A stretch of DNA of 64,000 bases from Thermoanaerobaculia bacterium (GCA_963816185.1 CAWFJJ010000024.1:32001-96000), one strand, 5' to 3'; shown: positions 50,120-59,931, numbered from the stretch's first letter. The notes: generated by a model not told the origin, from the letters alone. Translations and numbers: made by a program.

Positions 50120-53100
50120 AAGATTTTCAGGAACGTGAGGCTCAGGACGACGCCCGTCTGGCCGCGGTTCCGGCCCGCGACGGGCGTGCCCGCGTCGAAA
50201 CGTACGAGCGTGGACCACGGGCCCGGCAGCTCGCCGGAGAGGCCCGCGCCGCTGAAGTAGGCCCAATCGAGCGAGGATCCGGGGTCCTTGACACGCGCGT
50301 CCTCGTAGATGACCTCGAGGCGGAAGGCATCTCCGAAGACGTAGCCGTAGGCGAACTTCGAAGCGATGGCCTCCTCGGCCCGGAGGGCACCGGAGCGAAA
50401 GCCGCGCAGGGAGGTTCCGCCGAAGAACCCGAAGGTGTACTTCGAGAAGCGGTCCGTGTTGTCCGAGCCGAAATAGGCGAGCGACGACCGGATGCGCTGG
50501 AAGTGCGGGAAGTGAAAGTCCTTCTGGAGCTCGAGCGAATAGGTCCGGTACTCGTCCTTGCCTCTGTCGTAGTCCGGATTGCCGGCGAAGCCCCACGGAT
50601 CCCACCGCGAGCGCTTGTGCCATCCGTACCGACCCGAGAGCGCCCACCCGCGGAAGTCCCAGGTGGCCTGCCCCTCGAGGCTCGTGACCCAGTGGTCGGA
50701 CGGAACGACGAACGCGGACGACGTCTCCGTACTGTCGGCCGCGAAATCGCGATGAGTCTCGCCCAGGGTCGTCGAGAGCTTCACGTGCCGGCCGAGGGGA
50801 ATGCCGGCCTTGAAATTCCCCGCGAACGAGCGCGACTTCACGCGCTGGGACCTGTCCTCGGTCCCGTTCACGTAGAGCGAATCGTTTCCGCGGATCGCGA
50901 TGCCGAAGACGTCGACGCCCGCGTCGATGGCCGTCCCGAAGAGGCGCGGCTGGTTGTACGAGGCCGCGAGAAGGACCCCGCCGAAGAAGACCTGAAGCTG
51001 CTCGTGCCGCTTTTGGACGTCGAGGTCGACGTAGTACACGCCGAGCAGGGGGAGCGGATAGTCGAACGAGCTGTCGTAGAAGACGCCGCCGAGACCGAAC
51101 AGATGCCCGTGCTTCGTGTCGGCGGTGACGACGCGTCCGCCGTCCTTCGTCTTCTCGAGATAGCGCACGCCTTTTTCCGTGTCTCTCACCATGACGTCCG
51201 GCGAGGCGAAAGCAGCCTGTCGCTCGGCGACGAAATCCGGCGGGTCGAGCCTCACGTCCGAGAGCGTGCTCTCGCGTTCGATCACCGTCGTCCGCGAGAA
51301 CGTCTTGAGGATCCACTGTCCGGTCGTGTGCGTGGGAAGGCGGAGGGGAGGGCCGCCGTCGGGCGCGGGAACCTCGCCGAAATCCGAGACTTCGTCCACG
51401 GCCTGAATCTCCGCCGTGAGGTTGAGCTGGCGCGTACGCGTCCTGATCGCCGCGAAATCGCCCTTCGCGACCCAGACCCTGCCGGCATAGAGAGGCTTGT
51501 CGGAAGCCGCGGCGCGAGGTGTGAAGTCGAGCGCCCAGCAGGGGACCCCGTTCACGGTGTCGTCGCCCGCGAGCGTGTAGACATAAGCGTCGTCGAAGGT
51601 CAGGGCGAGCGGCATGTCCGAGACCTTCTCGGGCTGCAGGAGCGGCAGCTCCGGAATCTTCTTTCCCTTCCACCGCACGCCGTTGAAGTACGCCTCGCTC
51701 CAGGCCCAGTCGTAGCCGCCGCCCTTCTCGTAGAAGAACGGGCCCGCAAGCGCGAGGTCGAGCGTGTTGTTCAGCTCGGCGAAACGAAAGCGCATCGAGA
51801 TCGTGTTCCGCGCCGTCAGGGTCTTCCACCGCGCGTCGCGCGCCGCGCGCCACGCCTGGTGCTTCGCGAGAATCTCGTCGGCCGTGAGGCCACGTGTCAC
51901 GGCGACGCCGACGGCGGCCTTCGCGGCCTCCGAAGGGAGCGGTTCCCGCGCGACGAGCCGTATGCCGAGCGGCCCGTCCGCAAGCGAGAGCGAGAGACGC
52001 GCGGGAACGGCCCGGGCGGGGATTTCGAACTTCTTCGAGGCGCCCGTCCCGAGCTCGGTGACCTCGGCCGAGAGGTATGCCGTGCCGTCGAGGGTCAGAG
52101 AGAAGGCTCCGGCCGAAGCGCGGCCCGAGATCGCCGTCCCCGGGATCAGGACGACGCCGCCGAGATCCGTTCGCGCGACGAATCGGAACGCCTCGAGCGG
52201 TTCGCCCTTCGCGGTCGAGGCCGTCGCAGCGCGGGAATCGGGCCCGAAATCTCCGTCGAGAAGGCGTGCGAAGCGCTCGAGGGCGCCGTCCTCGGCCGGA
52301 GGCCATCCGGGCGTCGCGGCGACGAAGGGGGCGTTCTCCGAAGCGAGGCGCGCGGCGGCGGAGAGGAGCTCGGCGGGAGAGCGGACGCCGGAGAAATCGA
52401 GATCGACGAGCGCGGGCTTCCCGAACGACAGGTCATCGACCGCGACGCGGACCTGGCCGGGAGCCGATCGGGCCGAAGGGGTCACGCCGACGAAGTCGAC
52501 ATACGCGGCATTCTCTTCCGAGAAGAGCTGCTTGACCTCCCGCGGCGCGAGCTCTCCTTGCGCGACGGGTCCGGCCGCGAAGGCGATTCGGGCTTGCGGC
52601 GCAGCGGCGCGCGCGCCCGCAGCCGCCTTTCTAAGCAAATATGATCTTGCCTTCGAATCGAACGTGCCTTCCTGGGGACGCCCGAAATCATGAATTCCCG
52701 GTACGCGCGTGACAGGGAACCCGATCCTCACGAGATCCGCCTCTTTCGAGTCCCTGAGGATGTCTCCGAGCCCGGGCCACAGGTCCTCTACCGTCGCCGC
52801 TTCGGCGGCACGTACGTCCACCGGAATCTTGGCGTCCGGCAGCTCGAGATCGAGGCCCCAACGCCAGCCCGCGCGATGCGCGTCCTTCGCAAGCGCGCGA
52901 ACCGCCTCCCGCGCGGGGGCGTCTCCCGCCTTCCAAGCCGGCGGGTTGAGCTTCAGGAGCAGCCCCGGAGCGTTCGGCGAAAGCGATTCAACCGCTCTTG
53001 ACGCGAGGCGCCCGATGCGGGCGTCTCCCGGAGCGATCTTCAGCCAGGGAGAGAGCGTGGGAGCCGGAGAAGCGGCTCGGGCGGGGCTCGAGAGGGCCGT

Positions 53101-53163
53101 TCCCGCTGCGATCGGCAGGAGCCGGAGAAGGAGAGAGAACGCCCGGCCCCGCCGCATCAGCAT
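50116..53163 (-). CDS. Large outer-membrane protein (periplasmic domains + C-terminal beta-barrel)
   Basis: 1015 aa; signal peptide; alternating aromatic strands; ends VVLSLTFLKIF. Confidence 0.7.
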   Translation of the reverse strand: MLMRRGRAFSLLLRLLPIAAGTALSSPARAASPAPTLSPWLKIAPGDARIGRLASRAVESLSPNAPGLLLKLNPPAWKAGDAPAREAVRALAKDAHRAGWRWGLDLELPDAKIPVDVRAAEAATVEDLWPGLGDILRDSKEADLVRIGFPVTRVPGIHDFGRPQEGTFDSKARSYLLRKAAAGARAAAPQARIAFAAGPVAQGELAPREVKQLFSEENAAYVDFVGVTPSARSAPGQVRVAVDDLSFGKPALVDLDFSGVRSPAELLSAAARLASENAPFVAATPGWPPAEDGALERFARLLDGDFGPDSRAATASTAKGEPLEAFRFVARTDLGGVVLIPGTAISGRASAGAFSLTLDGTAYLSAEVTELGTGASKKFEIPARAVPARLSLSLADGPLGIRLVAREPLPSEAAKAAVGVAVTRGLTADEILAKHQAWRAARDARWKTLTARNTISMRFRFAELNNTLDLALAGPFFYEKGGGYDWAWSEAYFNGVRWKGKKIPELPLLQPEKVSDMPLALTFDDAYVYTLAGDDTVNGVPCWALDFTPRAAASDKPLYAGRVWVAKGDFAAIRTRTRQLNLTAEIQAVDEVSDFGEVPAPDGGPPLRLPTHTTGQWILKTFSRTTVIERESTLSDVRLDPPDFVAERQAAFASPDVMVRDTEKGVRYLEKTKDGGRVVTADTKHGHLFGLGGVFYDSSFDYPLPLLGVYYVDLDVQKRHEQLQVFFGGVLLAASYNQPRLFGTAIDAGVDVFGIAIRGNDSLYVNGTEDRSQRVKSRSFAGNFKAGIPLGRHVKLSTTLGETHRDFAADSTETSSAFVVPSDHWVTSLEGQATWDFRGWALSGRYGWHKRSRWDPWGFAGNPDYDRGKDEYRTYSLELQKDFHFPHFQRIRSSLAYFGSDNTDRFSKYTFGFFGGTSLRGFRSGALRAEEAIASKFAYGYVFGDAFRLEVIYEDARVKDPGSSLDWAYFSGAGLSGELPGPWSTLVRFDAGTPVAGRNRGQTGVVLSLTFLKIF

Positions 53164-53242
53164 GGATTCTACGGGCGCCGCGCTCGCAATGTCGGATCAG
53201 GGAAGCGTCTCGGGGCTCGGAGTCGAGGCGGCCGGAAAGGGT

Positions 53243-54337
53243 TCACCTCTTTCTTTCGCCTGCGACGGCGGGCTTCGCGGGTTTCGGCTCGGGCGCGGCC
53301 GGCCCGGCAGCCGGTGCCGGGGCACCGAGGACGTCGCCCGTGGGGAGCCCGAGATTCGCCCGGATCTTTCGCTCGACTTCGGCCGCCACATCCGGGTTCT
53401 CGCGGAAAAACTGCTTCGTGTTCTCCCGGCCCTGGCCGATCCGCAGGTCGCCGTAGCTGAACCACGCGCCGGACTTCTCGAGGATCTTCATCTCGACGCC
53501 GATGTCGACCAGCTCGCCGGTCTTCGAGATCCCTTCGCCGTACCCGATGTCGAACTCGGCGATGCGGAACGGGGGCGCAACCTTGTTCTTGACGACCTTG
53601 ACTTTCGTGCGGCTGCCGACGACGACCTCGCCGTCCTTGATCGCGTTGATGCGCCGGATGTCGATGCGCACGGACGAATAGAACTTCAGGGCGCGGCCGC
53701 CGGTCGTCGTCTCGGGATTCCCGAACATGACGCCGATCTTCTCGCGGATCTGGTTGATGAAGATGAGCGTGGTCTTCGACTTCGAGACGACGGCCGTGAG
53801 TTTGCGGAGCGCCTGCGACATGAGGCGGGCCTGCAGGCCCATCGACGCGTCGCCCATCTCGCCCTCGAGCTCGGCTTTCGGAACGAGCGCGGCGACGGAA
53901 TCGATGACGACGACGTCGATCGCGGCCGAGCGGACGAGCGCCTCGGCGATCTCGAGGGCCTGCTCGCCGGAGTCGGGTTGCGACACCATGAGGTTGTCGA
54001 CGTCGACGCCGAGCTTCCGGGCGTAATCGGGGTCGAGCGCGTGCTCGGCGTCGATGAACGCCGCGAGGCCGCCGTGCTTCTGCGCTTCCGCGATGATGTG
54101 GAGGGTCAGGGTGGTCTTGCCCGAGGACTCGGGCCCGAAGACTTCGATGACGCGGCCCCGGGGGATGCCCCCGATCCCGAGCGCGGCGTCCACGCCAATC
54201 GAGCCGCTGGAGATGGATTGGATGACCTCGTGCGGCTTGTCGCCGAGGCGGACGAGCGCGCCCTTCCCGAACTGCTTGTCGATCTGCTGGACGGCCTGCT
54301 CGAGCGCCTTGAGCTTTTCCTTGTTCACTTCGACCAT
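53243..54337 (-). CDS. recA: Recombinase RecA
   Basis: [58 protein letters not shown]; GAAGGAG RBS. Confidence 0.98.
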   Translation of the reverse strand: MVEVNKEKLKALEQAVQQIDKQFGKGALVRLGDKPHEVIQSISSGSIGVDAALGIGGIPRGRVIEVFGPESSGKTTLTLHIIAEAQKHGGLAAFIDAEHALDPDYARKLGVDVDNLMVSQPDSGEQALEIAEALVRSAAIDVVVIDSVAALVPKAELEGEMGDASMGLQARLMSQALRKLTAVVSKSKTTLIFINQIREKIGVMFGNPETTTGGRALKFYSSVRIDIRRINAIKDGEVVVGSRTKVKVVKNKVAPPFRIAEFDIGYGEGISKTGELVDIGVEMKILEKSGAWFSYGDLRIGQGRENTKQFFRENPDVAAEVERKIRANLGLPTGDVLGAPAPAAGPAAPEPKPAKPAVAGERKR

Positions 54338-54491
54338 TTGGTCTCCTTCAAGCGTTGCGATTATAGGTATCGGGGGAGGAAGAGATTTCTGCGAATACGG
54401 CGCACGTCGCACCGGCGCTGTTCACCCTTCTAAGAAAATCCGGAGATTCGGCGAATCGGCCTACGATGGCGTCGCCGCGCGGAAGGAACGA

Positions 54492-55046
54492 ATGGAAGGT
54501 AGTCCCCGGGCTTCCGAAAATCAAGCGACTCCCGGCTCTCTTCGCCCCTGGCCCGAGGTTTTCGCGGCGTCGCGCGTGACGACGCTCGTCGCGACCTGGT
54601 TCGGAACGGGTTTCCTTCCGATAGCGCCGGGGACGTGGGGCAGCCTCGTCGCGATTCTCATCGCGCATCTCGTGGTGCTCTTCTCGGGCGCTTGGGGCCT
54701 CGGGGGCTTCGCGCTCGGGGTCGCCGTGATCGGCGTTCACGCCTCGGGCGAGACGGCACGCCTGCGCGGCGTCGGAGATCCGCCGGAGATCGTCGTCGAC
54801 GAAGTCGCGGGCCAGTCCATCGCGCTCCTACCGGTGTATGCGCTCGTGCCGGCCGGAGCGACGCTCCTCCGGATCGGCGCTGCGCTCTCGGCGTTCTTTC
54901 TCTTTCGTGTCCTGGACGTCTGGAAGCCGGGCCCCATCGGCGCGCTCGAGCGCCTGCCGCGCGGCTGGGGAATCATGGCGGACGACGTCCTCGCCGGAGC
55001 GGTCGCCGGGGTGTTCGTTCTCGCGGCCCTTCTCGTGACCCGATGA
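54492..55046 (+). CDS. pgpA: Phosphatidylglycerophosphatase A
   Basis: APGTWGS, DP.EIVVDEVAG, F.LFR.LD.WKP.PI, GIMADDV.AG. Confidence 0.92.
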   Translation: MEGSPRASENQATPGSLRPWPEVFAASRVTTLVATWFGTGFLPIAPGTWGSLVAILIAHLVVLFSGAWGLGGFALGVAVIGVHASGETARLRGVGDPPEIVVDEVAGQSIALLPVYALVPAGATLLRIGAALSAFFLFRVLDVWKPGPIGALERLPRGWGIMADDVLAGAVAGVFVLAALLVTR

Positions 55047-55927
55047 TCGAGAAAGCGCTGCGCGGATTTCGCGCGGTCGTGCGCGAGAACGTTCCGCTCT
55101 CCGGGCGGACGACGCTGAAGATCGGCGGGCCTGCGCGGTTTCTCGTGGAAGTCCATGATGAGAACGCGCTTGCCGCGCTCCTCGGCGCGAGCCGGAAGGA
55201 AGGACTTCCCGTCCTCGCGCTCGGGAAGGGGTCGAACATGCTCGTGCCGGATTCAGGCTTCCCCGGGGTCGTCTTCACGCTCGCCGGCGACTTTCTGGCA
55301 ACACGGATCGAGCCGCCGGACGTCGTCGCGGGCGGCGGCGTATCGCTCATGTCGCTTGCCGTCGCGACGCAGAAGGCCGGCTTGTCCGGACTCGAGAATC
55401 TTTCGGGCATCCCGTCGTCGCTCGGCGGAGCCGTGCGGATCAACGCGGGGTCGTACGGTTCCGAGATCTTCGAGGTTCTCGTCGCGGTCGACCTCGTCTC
55501 GGCTCAGGGCGTGCGCCGGACGCTGCCCGCCGCCGAAATCCCGCATGGCTACCGCTGGACCGCCCTCTCGGAAACGGACGACGTCGTCTCAGGCTCCGCG
55601 CTGCGCCTCGTGTCGAAACCGGCGGAGCAAATTGCAGCGCGTATCGCCGAGGTGACCGCGAAGAGAAGGGGGGCCCTTCCGAAAAAGCCGAACGCGGGGT
55701 CCATCTTCAAGAATCCGCCCGGACTCTTTGCGGGCAAGCTCCTCGAGGAGTGCGGTCTCAAGGGGCGGCGCGTCGGAGGCGCGGAGATCTCTCCCGTTCA
55801 TGCGAACGTAATCGTCAACCTGGGCGGCGCAACAGCGAAAGACGTTGAGGCGCTGATGAACGAGATGAAGACGGCCGTACACGAGAAGTTCGGCATCCAC
55901 CTGGTTCCTGAGATTAAAGTGCTCTGA
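55043..55927 (+). CDS. murB: UDP-N-acetylmuramate dehydrogenase
   Basis: TTLKIGGPA, G.GSN.L, GIP.SLGGA..NAG, NAGSIFKNP, HAN.IVN, L.PE. Confidence 0.93.
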   Translation: MIEKALRGFRAVVRENVPLSGRTTLKIGGPARFLVEVHDENALAALLGASRKEGLPVLALGKGSNMLVPDSGFPGVVFTLAGDFLATRIEPPDVVAGGGVSLMSLAVATQKAGLSGLENLSGIPSSLGGAVRINAGSYGSEIFEVLVAVDLVSAQGVRRTLPAAEIPHGYRWTALSETDDVVSGSALRLVSKPAEQIAARIAEVTAKRRGALPKKPNAGSIFKNPPGLFAGKLLEECGLKGRRVGGAEISPVHANVIVNLGGATAKDVEALMNEMKTAVHEKFGIHLVPEIKVL

Positions 55928-55938
55928 AGGACACATCC

Positions 55939-57084
55939 ATGAAAAGACATCTCACCTTCACCTTCCTCCTCCTCATCGGCGCGGCGACGTTCTGGGCCTG
56001 CGGAAAGAAAGAGCTTCCTGACGTGACCGTCGGCGTGATCGCCGAGCTGAGCGGCGACATTCCGGCCGTCGGCGCCTCGTGCAAGAACGCGGCTGAAATG
56101 GCCGTGGCCGACATCAACGAAGACGGCGTGAAGGTCGCCGGCAAGGTCCATCGACTGCGGCTCATGATCGAGGACAGCATGGGCACCGCGAGCGAAGCCG
56201 TCGAGGCCGCGAAGCGCCTCGTGAAGGAAGACCAGGTCCTGGCCATCGTGGGTCCGAACGCCAGTCTCGGCGCCGTCCCCGCCTCGCAGGTGGCCGAGGA
56301 TGCGAAGGTTCCCATGATCTCGCCTTGGTCCACGAACCCACGAACGACCGCGGGAAAGAGATGGGTCTTTCGGGCCTGCTTCACCGACGCCTTCGAGGGA
56401 CACGTTCTCGCGAAGTTCGCCACAGGCTACGTGCGCGCCACGAAGGCGGCCGTTCTCTACGACCCCGGCTCTGAAGCGCCGAAGAGCCAGGCCGAGCTCT
56501 TCAAGAAGCAGTTCGAGGAGGAGGGCGGCAAGGTCGTTGCTTTCGAGACGTACAAGACCGGAGACAAGGACTTCACGGCGCAGCTTGGCCGGATCAAAGC
56601 CGCTTCTCCAGACCTCATCTTCCTGCCCAGCTATTACAACGAGGTCCCGCTGCAGCTCCAGCAGGCGCACAAGCTCGGGATCAAGGTCGCTTTCCTGGGC
56701 AGTGACAACTGGAGCAGCCCGGAGCTCGTCAAGCTGAGCGGACCCGACGCAGAGGGCGCGACGTACTGCAACCACTATGCGCCGGAAGCGCGCGTGGACG
56801 CCGTGGCGAAGTTCGTAACGCGGTACAGGAACAAGTACGGGCAGACGCCGGACGACGTGGCAGCCTTGACGTACGACTCCTTCATGCTCCTCGCGAAGGC
56901 TCTCTCGGGCGCGACGAAGGTGGATCGCGAGGCGATCCGCGACTCTCTCGCGAGGGTCCGCGAGTTCCAAGGCGTCACCGGCAAGATGACGTTCAAGGAA
57001 GGCTCGGGGGACCCGGTGAAGAGCGCCGTGATGATGAAGGTCGAAGGCGGCAAGCCGACCTTCATCACCAACATCGATCCATGA
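55939..57084 (+). CDS. Branched-chain amino acid ABC substrate-binding lipoprotein (LivK-like), orphan
   Basis: Lipobox-like WAC; AV.DIN..G, STNP..T, VFRACFTD, DFTAQL, AALTYD, GVTG...F. Confidence 0.88.
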   Translation: MKRHLTFTFLLLIGAATFWACGKKELPDVTVGVIAELSGDIPAVGASCKNAAEMAVADINEDGVKVAGKVHRLRLMIEDSMGTASEAVEAAKRLVKEDQVLAIVGPNASLGAVPASQVAEDAKVPMISPWSTNPRTTAGKRWVFRACFTDAFEGHVLAKFATGYVRATKAAVLYDPGSEAPKSQAELFKKQFEEEGGKVVAFETYKTGDKDFTAQLGRIKAASPDLIFLPSYYNEVPLQLQQAHKLGIKVAFLGSDNWSSPELVKLSGPDAEGATYCNHYAPEARVDAVAKFVTRYRNKYGQTPDDVAALTYDSFMLLAKALSGATKVDREAIRDSLARVREFQGVTGKMTFKEGSGDPVKSAVMMKVEGGKPTFITNIDP

Positions 57085-57094
57085 GGAGGGGGGT

Positions 57095-57125
57095 CCGGGG
57101 GGAACCATAGGATGGTTCCCCCCGG
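57095..57125. terminator. Perfect 14-bp hairpin between convergent genes
   Basis: CCGGGGGGAACCAT-AGG-ATGGTTCCCCCCGG, with a T-run a few nt downstream on the + strand. Confidence 0.6.
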
Positions 57126-57146
57126 CTATGTTTTTCTCTGCTGCCG

Positions 57147-58646
57147 CTAGGGCTGTACCGCCGCAGTGAAAACCTCCTCCATCGTGAGTTTGGTCCGGCA
57201 GCCCATTGCCGGAGCCTGGTTGTTCACGGCTGTCCGTCCAGATCGGGTGCGCGGTGCCGCCGAACGAGACGAGCCCCTCGTAGTCGCCCTGCTGGTTCCC
57301 GTAGTCGATCGCCGCGCAGGGAAAGACGCCCGCGCAGTCGTGCTCGTTGGACCTGGCCGTCGTCACCCGCGTGTTGGGGCCGAACGAAACGCCGCCGTCC
57401 GTGCGACCGCGCGAGGTAGACGTCCGTTTCGTAGCGGAAACCCGTCGTGTCGTTGCGCGTGTCGTAGAAGGAGACGTCGACGCCGCCCGTCATCGGATCC
57501 ACGGACAGCCAGTGGTTGAACCGGTCGATCGAACCGTGCACATCCGTCACGCTCGCCGGAGCCGACCAGCTCTTCCCCCCGTCGTCGGAGAAGGTCAGGA
57601 AGATGTCCGTGTTGCCCGCAGGCGTCAGATCCATGTAGGAGCAGTACAGGCGGCCTCGATTCGGGCCTGTCGAGCGGTCCGCGTCGCAGGCCGGATAGAC
57701 GAGAGCGCCGCGGAAAGACTCGGCCGGAATCGCGATGTCGAACGGAATCCTCTTTTTCGCGACCACGCCCTGCCGGCCCCACGTCACGCCGCCGTCGGTG
57801 GAACGGTTGAACGCGATCGTGTTCGCGGCGAAGTCGTTCCAGGCGACGAAGAGGTCGCCGTTCGGGCCCACGAAGGGCACGGCTCCGATTGCGCGCCCGG
57901 GGCCTTTCGGGTCGTCGGCGCGGTTCACCGTGAACGTCGCGCCCTGGTCGGTCGAGCGGCCGACGCGGATCCCACCGCTCACCGACCCGCCGCTCGCGGC
58001 GTCCCAGGCGACGTAGACGTTGTCCTTGAAGGGGCTGGCGGCGTTCGTGTCCGCCGTGATCATGGGTTTGTCGTTGAAATGGTTCTGGCCGCCGTCGAAG
58101 GAGAAGAGGGACGCGGACGGGTACGTTGCCCCGCCGTCCGTAGACCGCGCGACCATCATCGCGGTGCCGTTGATGCCATTGCCCCTGCTGAAGTACACGA
58201 CGATGTAGCTGTAGAAGACGTTCCCCTGTGTGTCGAAGGCGAGGCTCGGGTCAGAACCGAAGTCGATGCCGTTCGTCCCGATGGCCGGCGGGAGCGGCAG
58301 ATCCACACCGCCCCACGTCAGGCCCCCGTCCTTCGAGGAATAGCCGCGCATCGGCAGGCGGAACGATCTCGTTCGAGCCGCCCGCGAGCATGCTCGAGTC
58401 GGTCGGGTTGAGGGTGACGTACGTCTCGCTCTGTGGCCCACACTCGTTCGAGACGTCCACGTTTCCGCCGACCGTCAGGGACGTCGGACCACCTCCCGCG
58501 CTCGGTCCGTTGTGGAGGATGTACTGATACTTGTCCCACCACAGCGGGTTCTTGGGGTCTTTCTGGGCGGCTGCCGGGAAAGAGGCGGCCAGCGAAAGGG
58601 CGGCGACGGACGCGAGGACAACGATCTTCCGGATGTACGTTCTCAT
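57147..58646 (-). CDS. Exported BNR/Asp-box repeat (sialidase-like) protein, several indels
   Basis: Signal peptide; S.DGG.TW repeats (SKDGGLTW, STDGGATY, STDGGVTW, SDDGGKSW), SDP, DKP, FYDTR, GDYEG, WTDSR. Confidence 0.8.
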
Positions 58647-58773
58647 GTCGTGCCTCCGGCCGGGCAGGCCGCGGAGAGCCGTCCCGGGCCGGGCGGGATT
58701 TTATTCCGACAGTTTCGCAATGTTGAAGTGAGTCTCGGTCGCGAGGGCCCCCGGCCCCGTACAATCTCTCTCG

Positions 58774-59931
58774 ATGTCGAATGCCGGCCTCCGCGCGCTC
58801 ATCCTCGCCGGAGGCAGCGGCACGCGGCTTTGGCCGCGTTCCACGAACGAACGGCCGAAGCCCTTTCTCGCCCTGACGGGCGGCGAGTCGCTCCTTCGAG
58901 AGACGTTCCGGCGCGCGACCGCGCTCGCCGGGGCCGGGAACGTCTTCGTCTCGGGACGCGCGGCGCACGCGCCGCTGCTTGCCGCCGAGCTGCCCGAGGT
59001 GCACCGGTCGCGCTTCGTTCTCGAGCCGGTGCGGCGCAACACCGCGCCCGCGATCGCCCTCTCGGCGCTTGCCGCTTCGGAGGACGCTCCGGACACCGTC
59101 CTCGCCGTCCTGCCGTCCGATCAGGCCGTGCGCGACGAAGCGGCGTTTCTCGCCGCCCTCCGCTCGGCGGCGGAGGCGGCCCGGACGCAAGACGCGTTCG
59201 TCACGCTCGGGATCCCGCCCACGCGGCCCGAGACCGGATTCGGGTACATGGAAGTCGAAGAACAAGAAGAGATTTCTGCTGAAGACGAAGAAGAGAAAGA
59301 GGAGATTTCTCCGAATGGGAAGAGGGGAAACGAGAAGGGGACCGGGGAATCGAAGATTTCTGAGAATGGAAACAGGGAAGGGAGAGCCGCGGCCTTGCGC
59401 GTGGTGCGCTTCGTGGAAAAGCCGACGCTTGCGCGAGCCCAGGAGTTTCTAGCCTCCGGCCGCTTCTTCTGGAACGCCGGCATCTTCGTGTTCCGGACCT
59501 CATACCTTTTCGAAGAAATGGAGAGAGCCTGTCCCGACATCCTGAACATCGCACGCCGCGCGTATGCGGCTCGAAAAGAGGGGGAATTCACAGAAATCTT
59601 CTCTTCGTCCCCTTCCGTGTCCTTCGACGTCGCGGTCATGGAGAAGGCGAGGCGGGTAATCACCGTCCCGTGCGCGTGCGGGTGGAGCGACCTGGGCTCG
59701 TGGGAAGCCGTTTTCGAATTCCGGGGCGGCGCTCCCGGCACAAACGTGCTCGAGGGACCCGCGGCTGCGGTCGAGGGATCCGGCAACCTCGTTCTGGCCG
59801 AAGGACGGCCGGTGCGCGTCGTCGGCCTTTCCGACGTCGCGGTCGTGGACTCCAAGGACGGCGTTCTCGTCATGCGCCGCGGCGCGTCCGACGCGCTCCG
59901 GAGGAGCGTGGAGGAGGGCCTGTCGCGATGA
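58774..59931 (+). CDS. manC: Mannose-1-phosphate guanylyltransferase with a charged in-frame insertion
   Basis: ILAGGSGTRLWP, EP..RNTAPAI, ETGFGYM, FVEKP, WNAGIF, SFD.AVME, WSDLGSW. Confidence 0.9.
   Translation: MSNAGLRALILAGGSGTRLWPRSTNERPKPFLALTGGESLLRETFRRATALAGAGNVFVSGRAAHAPLLAAELPEVHRSRFVLEPVRRNTAPAIALSALAASEDAPDTVLAVLPSDQAVRDEAAFLAALRSAAEAARTQDAFVTLGIPPTRPETGFGYMEVEEQEEISAEDEEEKEEISPNGKRGNEKGTGESKISENGNREGRAAALRVVRFVEKPTLARAQEFLASGRFFWNAGIFVFRTSYLFEEMERACPDILNIARRAYAARKEGEFTEIFSSSPSVSFDVAVMEKARRVITVPCACGWSDLGSWEAVFEFRGGAPGTNVLEGPAAAVEGSGNLVLAEGRPVRVVGLSDVAVVDSKDGVLVMRRGASDALRRSVEEGLSR

Larger units (their letters stand above)
18638..59599. repeat. Dispersed short motif AGATTTCTnnGAA / AGATTCTTAGAA in AT-rich, purine-skewed patches
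   Basis: Copies or close variants read at 18638, 18714, 18847, 18872, 27103, 38282, 38375, 38776, 42529, 43934, 46392, 54383, 54428, 59270, 59303, 59354 and 59587. Confidence 0.7.

Noticed and set aside
48617-52644. Very long ORFs 48617-52306 (-) and 49912-52644 (+)
   Set aside because: Arg/Ala/Pro-rich shadow frames of real genes in high-GC DNA.
38282-59599. Roughly 4-kb periodic spacing of motif patches (38.3-38.8, 42.5, 46.4, 50.1, 54.4, 59.3 kb)
   Set aside because: Hand-picked, with gaps and off-period sites (e.g. 43.9 kb). It needs a genome-wide autocorrelation test before it can be claimed.
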